Below, one piece after another: positions 19,164 through 27,538 of a DNA stretch of 35,198 nt; within the stretch, counting starts at the first letter, position 1; the number at the start of each line of letters is the position of its first letter. The translations under genes were made by a program, and so were the position numbers. The notes under the pieces are model-generated. The model saw only the letters and a program-made list of their open reading frames with translations. It did no database searches and was not told where the DNA came from. Origin of the DNA: an uncultured Porphyromonadaceae bacterium (GTDB lineage Bacteria; Bacteroidota; Bacteroidia; Bacteroidales; Muribaculaceae). The stretch is taken from positions 1-35,198 of the forward strand of contig CAMWJD010000001.1 of the NCBI GenBank assembly GCA_947174515.1, given 5' to 3'.

Positions 19164-20912
19164 TTATTTGTCTTCATATAAGAAATTTCCCGATACTGTG
19201 AAACGGAGATCTGTAAGTTCGATTTTGATGTTTGGTCCGATAGCCGGTGCGTTTTCTTCTGTCTGTGTCACTTTTGCTTCAAAGATAGCTCCATCAAAGT
19301 CTTTGATAGCACTGCCGTTCTTGCCTTTGATAGCAATGCTTACAGGCACATTCGTACAGTTTGCGGGCACAATAAAATCGTTGGTTTCTTCTATTTCAAT
19401 TATTTTGCCGTTTCGATCTATCGGCTGAACACGTAGTGAAATGTTTACCGGAAGTTTTGATGTGCATTTAGCGCTGATCTCAAGGTTATAAATGTTGACT
19501 TTTTCAATGTCTTCGCTCCACCATCCGCTTTCAGTAGTATTGTAATATATTTCTGTTCCGGCTCCAAAAGCAAGAGGTGCATAGAAATTATAGCTTCCGG
19601 ATGCATATCCCAATGTGCCGACAGGCAGCGTAATGTTATTACCCATGAATTCAAGATTTGTCACGCTTACAGATATCTCTTGTGGCAGACCTACATAGCC
19701 ATTGGACAAGATATAGTTGAGTCCTTCTATCTTGATCGGCGTGTATCCCTCTCTTATCAAATCTACTTCATTAGCTTTGTCTGTACAGAATGCCAATTTG
19801 GAGTTTTCTCCACTTATAGAAAATTCACCGGAATGTGTTTTAGATCCGTTAGAAAACTTAGAAATAAAATTAAGTGTTCCTTTTCCATCAATACCATATT
19901 TACCTACCGGATTTTTGAGGTTGACCTTAATGATAGGATTTTCAATTATGATGTTGGTCTGAGAGTTGTTGAGGAAATCCGGAAGATCATTCAGTGAGAT
20001 AGGGTCGATTTGAATGTCATTCATTTTGTAGTCGATATCTCCTGTGAAGTCTTTGACAGAAAAGCCGGATACTTCGTATTCTGATTTTATGTTGTAAGTG
20101 CCGGCAGAAATGTTGATATTCTTCACTTTCATGCTAATTTTACCACCAAGAATACCTACATTTCCTTTAAGCTCAATTTTACCGTTTATGACTGTGCCCT
20201 TAGCTGTGCTAAGCTGCATGCCGGATGCTTGAAGATTTAAGGTCGCTTTCCCATCTGTGATAGGAAGAGACTGAATCTCCAAAATGCCGGAGTCAGAATC
20301 ATACTTATAGCCTTCCTCCATTATAAGGTCGGACGGAAGTTGCACTTTGATATCTTTAAATGAAAATTGATTGCCGGTTCCTAAGAATTCGGGTGGAAGA
20401 GAAAGATTTACCGTAATGCTAATGGGGCTTTTTGTTGTGATTTTCCGCAACACTTTCAGTGCATCATTCACATTAGACATTGTATAGTCATAAGGACGCA
20501 TTTCAGGATTGCCAAAATCAATGTCATCCAACTGTATTCCATCATCAGATGGTAATATGGACGTGTTGACACTCTGTTTGATATAAATAGGAATATTAGT
20601 GGGGCTTATATCCAAGTTTTCAACATTGATTTGACCGAGATCAAAAGCCGTGTTGTCGATGTTTCCACCTTTTTCTATGGAATAAATGTTATTGACTGAG
20701 TCAGTCTTTATGAGATCATCGTCATCAAGGTCAATCACATTTTTAAGTGTTAAAGTGTCCAGTTTTACTGGAATTGTAAGATCTTTGACGTTAATTTCTG
20801 TCGTGGTGTCAATGTCTGTAAGGTCATACTTGTCATCAATACAGCTTGTGATGAGTGTTACTGCTGTCAACGACAATATACCTTTAGCAAGTAAAAGTCT
20901 GTTCATTCGCAT
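19164..20912 (-). CDS. Beta-rich surface lipoprotein of unknown function (DUF4621-like)
   Basis: Lipobox ITS-C24 followed by acidic IDDKYDLTDID, resembling a lipoprotein export signal; beta-strand-rich 582 aa. The family name is from recall. Confidence 0.7.
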   Translation of the reverse strand: MRMNRLLLAKGILSLTAVTLITSCIDDKYDLTDIDTTTEINVKDLTIPVKLDTLTLKNVIDLDDDDLIKTDSVNNIYSIEKGGNIDNTAFDLGQINVENLDISPTNIPIYIKQSVNTSILPSDDGIQLDDIDFGNPEMRPYDYTMSNVNDALKVLRKITTKSPISITVNLSLPPEFLGTGNQFSFKDIKVQLPSDLIMEEGYKYDSDSGILEIQSLPITDGKATLNLQASGMQLSTAKGTVINGKIELKGNVGILGGKISMKVKNINISAGTYNIKSEYEVSGFSVKDFTGDIDYKMNDIQIDPISLNDLPDFLNNSQTNIIIENPIIKVNLKNPVGKYGIDGKGTLNFISKFSNGSKTHSGEFSISGENSKLAFCTDKANEVDLIREGYTPIKIEGLNYILSNGYVGLPQEISVSVTNLEFMGNNITLPVGTLGYASGSYNFYAPLAFGAGTEIYYNTTESGWWSEDIEKVNIYNLEISAKCTSKLPVNISLRVQPIDRNGKIIEIEETNDFIVPANCTNVPVSIAIKGKNGSAIKDFDGAIFEAKVTQTEENAPAIGPNIKIELTDLRFTVSGNFLYEDK

Positions 20913-20976
20913 ATTGATTATTGTTGTTTGAATTTGCTGTTTATGTTGTTATTTGTTCGCAAGTCGAATTTGGACA

Positions 20977-20984
20977 CAAAATTA
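20977..20984 (-). promoter_or_regulatory. -7 promoter element of the lipoprotein/barrel operon
   Basis: TAATTTTG on the minus strand, 64 nt before the ATG, followed by an A-rich leader. Confidence 0.6.
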
Positions 20985-21082
20985 TAAAAAAATTCTTATG
21001 TTAGGAAAAAACCGGGATAAAAAATATGACATAAAAGAGTACGATGACACTCTGAAATAATCAGAAGTCATCTTATATCCGT

Positions 21083-21118
21083 AAATAATAGGCCCCATTT
21101 CATGAAAAATGGGACCTA
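21083..21118 (-). terminator. Terminator after galE
   Basis: Minus strand TAGGTCCCATTT-ttcatg-AAATGGGGCCTA then TTATTT; a second hairpin follows at 21043-21072. Confidence 0.7.
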
Positions 21119-21125
21119 AAAAGTA

Positions 21126-22148
21126 TCACTTATTTAATGAAGTCTGCCATCTCCACGCATTGGCAAGAGTCTCGCCTACGGGAACCTCCGCTTTCCATCC
21201 GAGCACATTGTTTGCTTTGTCAGGAATAGCCCATATCTTTTCGATATCTCCTTCTCTTCTTGCGCCGATCTTATGCGGCACCGGTACACCGGTAGCTTTT
21301 TCGAACTCATTTATAAGCTCAAGTACCGAAACGCCTCGGCCTGTTCCTAAATTGAAGATTTCGATGCTGTCGGTATCTTCACCATCAAGCATCCTGCGCA
21401 TCGCTACTACGTGAGCCTTAGCGAGGTCCACTACATCGATATAGTCTCTGATGCAACTTCCGTCGGGGGTGTTGTAGTCATTGCCGAATACTGTAAGTTC
21501 CTTACGGATTCCTGCGGCAGCCTGAGTGAGATATGGCACCAGATTCTGAGGAACTCCTAAAGGAAGTTCTCCGATCTTGGCACTCGGATGTGCTCCTATC
21601 GGATTGAAATATCGCAGAATGATGCTCTTCACAGGAGCGCCGCTGTGGATATAGTCAGTAATGATTTCTTCAGATATCTGTTTTGTATTACCATAAGGAG
21701 ATGTCGCCGGCTTGATCGGTGCCGATTCATCGATCGGATTCATGTCAGGTTCTCCATACACTGTGCAGCTGCTTGAGAACACGATACCTTTCACTCCATA
21801 TTGAGGCATACATTCAAGCAGATTGATCAGTGTGTTCAGATTGTTGCGGTAATACAGAAGAGGTTTCTGCACGCTCTCTCCCACGGCCTTCGAAGCGGCA
21901 AAATTGATGATTCCTTTGATTCCGGGATTCTGATCAAAAAGCTTTTTCAAAGTCTCTAAATCAGTGCAATCCCCTTCTACGAAGACCGGTGCTATGCCGG
22001 TGATGGCCTCGATACCCTTAAGCACCTCTCTGTTGGAATTTGACAGATTGTCAATGATGACCACGTCATATCCGGCCTGCTGGAGTTCCACTACAGTGTG
22101 ACTTCCGATATAGCCTGTTCCTCCTGTGACTAATATTTTTGTTGCCAT
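21126..22148 (-). CDS. galE: UDP-glucose 4-epimerase
   Basis: GGTGYIGSHT, KAVGESV, FSSSCTVYG, YGNTK (YxxxK), LRYFNPIGAH, RDYIDVVDLA. Confidence 0.97.
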   Translation of the reverse strand: MATKILVTGGTGYIGSHTVVELQQAGYDVVIIDNLSNSNREVLKGIEAITGIAPVFVEGDCTDLETLKKLFDQNPGIKGIINFAASKAVGESVQKPLLYYRNNLNTLINLLECMPQYGVKGIVFSSSCTVYGEPDMNPIDESAPIKPATSPYGNTKQISEEIITDYIHSGAPVKSIILRYFNPIGAHPSAKIGELPLGVPQNLVPYLTQAAAGIRKELTVFGNDYNTPDGSCIRDYIDVVDLAKAHVVAMRRMLDGEDTDSIEIFNLGTGRGVSVLELINEFEKATGVPVPHKIGARREGDIEKIWAIPDKANNVLGWKAEVPVGETLANAWRWQTSLNK

Positions 22149-22151
22149 TGC

Positions 22152-23054
22152 TTATGAGAAAAGTGGTGATGGATATACTCCTGAGTCTACAAGAGCCTTA
22201 AATTGGTCGACTGTTGCCTGACGGTCAGCCGCGAAAGTCACGCCAAACCATTTGGAAGGTGTCTGCACAACTTTCAAGGTCGCCTCTCCATTTTGGATCA
22301 GATCGTTGACTACGGTAGGTATGTAGAATTCTGATTTCAGTTCATTGCCGTGTTCTGACAGGAATTTCACGAATGCCTTCTCGCTATATCCGAAATAATC
22401 AGGTGTGAAGCCCCACATGTTCATGCTCACGCTGCTGCCGGCAGGAAACGGTTTCTCTACATCCTCTTCAATGTGGATGAGACCTTCGCCCTTCCGCTGG
22501 ATTCCATGACATTCTTTCACACCTGTGAGGTAGCCTTCTTCATTCACCTCACACAATCCGCGGCTTACGCCTCCGTTTTCGCTAAGTGTGTTTTCAATCT
22601 TGAAGCCGATCATGCAGTATTCACCTGTCTTGCCTTCAAGATCTTTCAAAGTCTCGGCGGCAAGCTTAAAGCTTTCGGGTCCGTAGTAATCATCAGCGTT
22701 TATCACTACAAAAGGCTCCTTGATCACGTCTTTTGCCATTAACACCGCATGATTTGTCCCCCAGGGTTTCTGGCGACCTTCAGGAACATTAAATCCTTCC
22801 GGAAGATCATGAATGTCTTGGAATACAACTTCCACCGGCACATGACCTTCATATTTGGAAATTACCTTGTCACGGAAATCCTGCTCAAAATCATGACGGA
22901 TCACAAACACGATCTTTCCGAAGCCGGCCTGCAAGGCGTCATATACGCTGTAATCCATGATGGTTTCTCCCGACGGACCAAGAGAATCAAGCTGCTTCAG
23001 TCCACCATATCGGCTGCCCATTCCCGCAGCAAGAATAAATAATGTGGGTTTCAT
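22152..23054 (-). CDS. Sugar-phosphate nucleotidyltransferase family protein
   Basis: LAAGMGSRYGGLKQ signature, KPWGTNHA, INADDYYG, EFYIP. Confidence 0.88.
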   Translation of the reverse strand: MKPTLFILAAGMGSRYGGLKQLDSLGPSGETIMDYSVYDALQAGFGKIVFVIRHDFEQDFRDKVISKYEGHVPVEVVFQDIHDLPEGFNVPEGRQKPWGTNHAVLMAKDVIKEPFVVINADDYYGPESFKLAAETLKDLEGKTGEYCMIGFKIENTLSENGGVSRGLCEVNEEGYLTGVKECHGIQRKGEGLIHIEEDVEKPFPAGSSVSMNMWGFTPDYFGYSEKAFVKFLSEHGNELKSEFYIPTVVNDLIQNGEATLKVVQTPSKWFGVTFAADRQATVDQFKALVDSGVYPSPLFS

Positions 23055-23094
23055 TTTTTTCAGTATTATTTTAGGTTCATAATATTAGTATTTC

Positions 23095-24207
23095 TTATTT
23101 TCTCAATTGAATCATAACTTTCAGCATGTAGTCAAACATCACAAGCCTTCCGTTGCCATTCCTCAATATGTCGTCGTGCGCGCGCTGTGTCTCTGCCATC
23201 AGTTTTTCTACGTTTTTATGGTTGATGAATGGAGAGAACCTTACGCTGAATTCTGCTTCCTGATGTGTAAGGGCATTAAGTTGCGGCACTTTGAGATTGA
23301 ATATAAAACTTTCCCTTATCATTCGGGCGCAATAATTTAAATATCGTGCCGTCTTTTCTCTTCCTAAGGATGCTATAGCGTCGCTCAGCATTCTTAAACC
23401 GGAAGCGGTCCTCGCATAGCAGAGCCGCATCATTTGTATGAAATAGCCTGAAAATTCTTTCATTTCGCCTCCTTCTCCGGTCATATCATGAGCTTTGATT
23501 ATATTCCCTTCCGCCAGGGAGGCTATCTCCTGTGCCTCAGGATACGGGATCCCTTCCGATGTCAGAATATGGCTTACTTCTTCTTCAGTCAAAGGTTGCA
23601 GGTTGAATCTCTGTGTGCGTGAGAATATGGTGGGCAGTAACTGTCCCGGCTCATTGCTTACAAGGATAAAGAGAGTGTCCGGATATGGCTCTTCAAGGAG
23701 CTTCAGAAGCGCGTTTGCACATTCCGGCTGCATTTTCTCCGGCATCCATATTATATAGGTCTTGTATCGATATGCAAAACTTGACAGGGGTGCCGTGCGT
23801 GTGATTTCATTTGCGTCATTCCTATATATGACAGGGACGGTATTTCCTGCTTCTATTGCCCTCGCCCACTCTTCTTTCGGCATATAGGAATATCTGTCGA
23901 TAAATTCATTCCATTGCGGAAGGAACATTTCCGTATTTTTTTGCTTAGCTCCTATCCTGGGAAATATAAAATGGACATCGGGATTATTATGATGCGCATT
24001 TTGCAGACATGCCGGACATTTTCCACAACTGTCTCCATCTTTTCGGTCAAGACAATAAAGATAGTTTGTGAAAGCTCTTGCCAATCGCATCTTTCCGATA
24101 CCCTCTTGTCCCCCTATTAATATGGCATGCGGAATATGATCGTTGTCAACAAGTTCTCGCAGTGAGTGTATCGTGTTTTTATGTCCAATAATGTCTGCGA
24201 ATTTCAT
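23095..24207 (-). CDS. holB: DNA polymerase III delta' subunit
   Basis: HAILIGGQEGIGK, zinc cluster C..CGKCPAC, ANALLKLLEEP, LLPTIFSRTQ. Confidence 0.9.
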   Translation of the reverse strand: MKFADIIGHKNTIHSLRELVDNDHIPHAILIGGQEGIGKMRLARAFTNYLYCLDRKDGDSCGKCPACLQNAHHNNPDVHFIFPRIGAKQKNTEMFLPQWNEFIDRYSYMPKEEWARAIEAGNTVPVIYRNDANEITRTAPLSSFAYRYKTYIIWMPEKMQPECANALLKLLEEPYPDTLFILVSNEPGQLLPTIFSRTQRFNLQPLTEEEVSHILTSEGIPYPEAQEIASLAEGNIIKAHDMTGEGGEMKEFSGYFIQMMRLCYARTASGLRMLSDAIASLGREKTARYLNYCARMIRESFIFNLKVPQLNALTHQEAEFSVRFSPFINHKNVEKLMAETQRAHDDILRNGNGRLVMFDYMLKVMIQLRK

Positions 24208-24227
24208 TACTTTTTACTTTATCATTG

Positions 24228-24259
24228 CAAATTTACGAAAAAATTAAGGTAGCACCAAA
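24228..24259 (-). promoter_or_regulatory. Sigma-70 promoter for the holB operon
   Basis: Minus strand TTTG (24256-24259), 20-nt spacer, TAAATTTG (24228-24235). Confidence 0.75.
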
Positions 24260-24268
24260 TTTTTTTTG

Positions 24269-24276
24269 TAAGTTTG
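24269..24276 (+). promoter_or_regulatory. -7 promoter element for the AddB-like gene
   Basis: TAAGTTTG 20 nt before the ATG at 24297. Confidence 0.65.
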
Positions 24277-24296
24277 CATAAATTTTTTATTCGATT

Positions 24297-27200
24297 ATGG
24301 CTGTTCCCTTTCTTGAGTCTGTAGCACGTGCTTTTTCCATGCACAATGAAGATTTATCTAACACTTTGTTTGTCTTTCCAAGCAGACGGGCAGGCACGTT
24401 TTTTCTCAAAAATCTAACCTTATTGTTGAATGGAAAAACATCATTGATGCCTAATGTCATGACTATGACCGATTTTGTGGAGATGGTTTCCGGAAGGGTC
24501 ATAGTGGGACGCATCGAGCTCCTTTTCATATTGTATCGCTCATATCTTTCTCTTCAAAATAGAGTGGCGGATGCCGATATCCGCGATTTTGACAGGTTTC
24601 GCCGATGGGGTGAAACCGCTCTATCTGACTTCAATGAGGTCGACATGCAGGACGTGGATCCGGATTCCCTTTTCAAGAATGTGAAGGACATAAAGGAAAT
24701 CAGTTCTAATTTCTTGACTGATGAACAGTTGAAGGTGATGGAAGAGTTTTTTGGACAGGTATATGAGCCGGAACAATTAGTCACGGAATTCTGGAAAGAT
24801 TTCTCGCTCAATAAAGATGATGACCTTCATAAAAAGTTTATACCTATATGGCAGATGATGGCGCCTCTCTATCATGCGTTTAAAGATAGTCTTGAGAAAT
24901 CGGGTATGATCAATTCCGGGGGTGCCTATCGACTTGCAGCAGATATTCTTGAAAAAGAAATTCCGGAATCTATAGTTGCAGACAAGATAGCTTTTGTCGG
25001 TTTCAACGCTCTGACAAGATCCGAGACCCGCATCTTTGATGCTTTGGCCTCTTATTCTACTGATGACGGCGAGAGCCATTTCGCTGATTTCTTCTGGGAT
25101 ATTGCGGGGCCTGTGATAAACGACAGCACTTCTTCTGCCGGCAGATATGTGAAATATAACAGCAATAGATGGCCTTCACCACAATGGGCTGTTCCCTATC
25201 TTTCCGTCTCAGACGTCAATTCTATGCCGGAATCTATGAGAGTTATCGCGATCCCGTCCAATTCCCTTCAAGCCAAGGCCGTAGGTGATATCCTTGAGAA
25301 TATGAAAGACCGCTTGAACGATACCGACTTTGATGATGCAAAAGTCGCTGTAGTCCTTCCCGACGAAGGACTCTTGATCCCTTTGCTTTATTCTTTACCG
25401 GATTCAGTGGAGGATGTCAATCTGACCATGGGTTATCCTCTGAAGCTTGCGGCCGTTGCAACTTTCGTGTCATTAATAAAAAAACTTCAAGGGAGCCGTC
25501 GCAGGTCGGGAGATGCTATTGGTTATTATTTCAAAGATTTCGAGGCCCTTATTTCCCATCCATTCAGTATTTCTTTATTCGGTCATGACGTGATTAAGGT
25601 AAAGGAGTGGATCAAACATCATCATCATGCCGTGATTTATATGCATGAGCTTAGAGCTGTCTCTGACAAGATGTCGAGAATACTCCATCCATTTGCCGAT
25701 GATGCATCTGCTGAAGAAGTGGCTTTGTGGCTGGATAATATCTTGAATGTTGTCGCTGAGTCCATAACTTTTTCAGACATTAAGCTTTTAAAGTCAAATG
25801 TTGATGTCGCCAACATTGAGTTCTATCGCAAGTCGATCAGGTCTTTGCTTGATCTGGCGAAGGAATATGATATTTCAATGCAATGGTTTACTTTTATGGC
25901 TATGGCTGACCGACTGGTGTCGGCGGAAACAGTAAATTTTGAAGGAAAACCACTATCCGGACTTCAGGTGATGGGTATGCTTGAGACACGCGCACTTGAC
26001 TTTGAGCGGATTATCATACCTTCGCTGAATGAACGTATTCTTCCCGTGAGAAGACGTGTGCGCACTTTCATTTCCGATTCGCTCCGGCGTGCCTACGGAC
26101 TGCCCCCGGTGAATTATTCAGAGTCAATCTTCGCTTACTATTTCTTTCGTATGATAGCAAGGGCTAAAGAGGTGGTGCTTCTTTATGATTCCCGTTCTTC
26201 AGAGGGTGCGCGCAGCGGAGATGTGTCAAGATATGTGCTCCAACTGCAATATCTTTATGCCAAGGATAATATCAGTTTTGAATCATGGTCTTTTGATATC
26301 TCAAAGTCAGACCTTCAACCTTATCCTATCGCAAAAACACCCCATATTATGGATCTTCTGTCTTCTTTCACCGATCAGGGATCAGAGGGCAGGAACCTGT
26401 CGGCAACCGCTCTGACAAAATATGCCGATTGCCAGATAAGATTTTATTTCGAGCATCTCCTGAGAATTCATACGGATGTGGAATCGGTGGAATATATCGA
26501 TGCCATTACGCAAGGTAATATACTCCACTTCGTGATGCAAAATATCTATCTTCCTGAAGACAAGCAGGGACTGTATCTTTCTTCTCCCGAATTGATAGAC
26601 GCGCATTTGATAAAGTCTAAGAAGGAGAACGTGAGGGAAATTGATCGACTTGTGCGTATCGGTATAAACAAGATGCATTTCCATCGACCCGAAGATAAGC
26701 TCAACACTCCATTGAGGGGTTCTGTGGCTATAGTGGCAAAGGTGTTGCGCAGTCAGATACTTAAGATTCTTGATTTTGATCTTGATTTGGCACCATTCTT
26801 GCTTTATGGTGTAGAAATAGATGGGAATGTCAGTCTCCGGATGCCATCGGGAAAAAATATAAATATGAGATTTGCTATCGACCGTCTTGATAAGGTGACT
26901 GTTATTGAGAATGGTGAGCAAGTTGAGAGAATGAGAATCGTAGACTATAAGACCGGTTCGGTTCATGTGGAGGCCGATTCGATGGATTCTGTCTTTGAAG
27001 GAGAAATGAAAGGGAAAAATCTCATTCAGCTGTGGCTTTACGCGAATCTATTCGATTCACTACCCGACAAAAATTTTGATAAGGATGGCAACCGGCCTGT
27101 CTTGCAGTTGTTCGGAAAGGATGCCTCTCTTCCGAATATGCCTATGGTGCTTGAATTGTATGATGTCAATTCCTTAAAGAAGGGGAACCATACTTATCCC

Positions 27201-27368
27201 AAGATAGATGGTGTCGTGCAGGTGGTGCATGAAGGTCAAAATGATGATTTTCTTCGTAATCTTGAGAAAATGCTTTGTCAGATTTTCAATCCTGACGAAC
27301 CGTTTTATCCAACTTCCAATCTATCCTCATGCTCATATTGCCAATTTAAAACTATATGTTGGCGATAA
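24297..27368 (+). CDS. AddB-like PD-(D/E)XK nuclease with an inactivated helicase N-terminus
   Basis: VFPSRRAG, NLTMGYPL, GLQVMGMLETRALDF; nuclease motifs IDRLD...IVDYKTG...Q; Fe-S-type cysteines (YADCQIRFYF and CSYCQFKTIC). Confidence 0.87.
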   Translation: MAVPFLESVARAFSMHNEDLSNTLFVFPSRRAGTFFLKNLTLLLNGKTSLMPNVMTMTDFVEMVSGRVIVGRIELLFILYRSYLSLQNRVADADIRDFDRFRRWGETALSDFNEVDMQDVDPDSLFKNVKDIKEISSNFLTDEQLKVMEEFFGQVYEPEQLVTEFWKDFSLNKDDDLHKKFIPIWQMMAPLYHAFKDSLEKSGMINSGGAYRLAADILEKEIPESIVADKIAFVGFNALTRSETRIFDALASYSTDDGESHFADFFWDIAGPVINDSTSSAGRYVKYNSNRWPSPQWAVPYLSVSDVNSMPESMRVIAIPSNSLQAKAVGDILENMKDRLNDTDFDDAKVAVVLPDEGLLIPLLYSLPDSVEDVNLTMGYPLKLAAVATFVSLIKKLQGSRRRSGDAIGYYFKDFEALISHPFSISLFGHDVIKVKEWIKHHHHAVIYMHELRAVSDKMSRILHPFADDASAEEVALWLDNILNVVAESITFSDIKLLKSNVDVANIEFYRKSIRSLLDLAKEYDISMQWFTFMAMADRLVSAETVNFEGKPLSGLQVMGMLETRALDFERIIIPSLNERILPVRRRVRTFISDSLRRAYGLPPVNYSESIFAYYFFRMIARAKEVVLLYDSRSSEGARSGDVSRYVLQLQYLYAKDNISFESWSFDISKSDLQPYPIAKTPHIMDLLSSFTDQGSEGRNLSATALTKYADCQIRFYFEHLLRIHTDVESVEYIDAITQGNILHFVMQNIYLPEDKQGLYLSSPELIDAHLIKSKKENVREIDRLVRIGINKMHFHRPEDKLNTPLRGSVAIVAKVLRSQILKILDFDLDLAPFLLYGVEIDGNVSLRMPSGKNINMRFAIDRLDKVTVIENGEQVERMRIVDYKTGSVHVEADSMDSVFEGEMKGKNLIQLWLYANLFDSLPDKNFDKDGNRPVLQLFGKDASLPNMPMVLELYDVNSLKKGNHTYPKIDGVVQVVHEGQNDDFLRNLEKMLCQIFNPDEPFYPTSNLSSCSYCQFKTICWR

Positions 27369-27391
27369 ATGGTGATAAATCTACCGATAAT

Positions 27392-27423
27392 TTTGGCTGA
27401 TTCAATTATTTTTTGTAATTTTG
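27392..27423 (+). promoter_or_regulatory. Sigma-70 promoter for rplY
   Basis: TTTG (27392-27395), 20-nt spacer, TAATTTTG (27416-27423); exact consensus. Confidence 0.8.
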
Positions 27424-27433
27424 CGCTTGCAAA

Positions 27434-27503
27434 CCCACAAAGACTTTTTGGGCGGCAATGGATGTATCGAGCATGCGTTATGCCGGACCCACAGTGTGAT
27501 GGG
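27434..27503 (+). ncRNA. Candidate structured cis-regulatory leader of rplY
   Basis: GC-rich island with three consecutive hairpins between the promoter and the AT-rich translation start region. Confidence 0.5.
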
Positions 27504-27538
27504 AAATATTTATAATATTTTTAGTAACACAATTAAAA

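Noticed and set aside
26382-26966. 194-aa antisense ORF inside the addB-like gene
   Set aside because: It is a shadow ORF with no family motif or evident expression signals.
24297-27368. PD-(D/E)XK nuclease as a Cas4 or anti-phage defence protein
   Set aside because: Its length, inactive-helicase N-terminus and housekeeping context fit the Bacteroidetes AddB-like repair protein.
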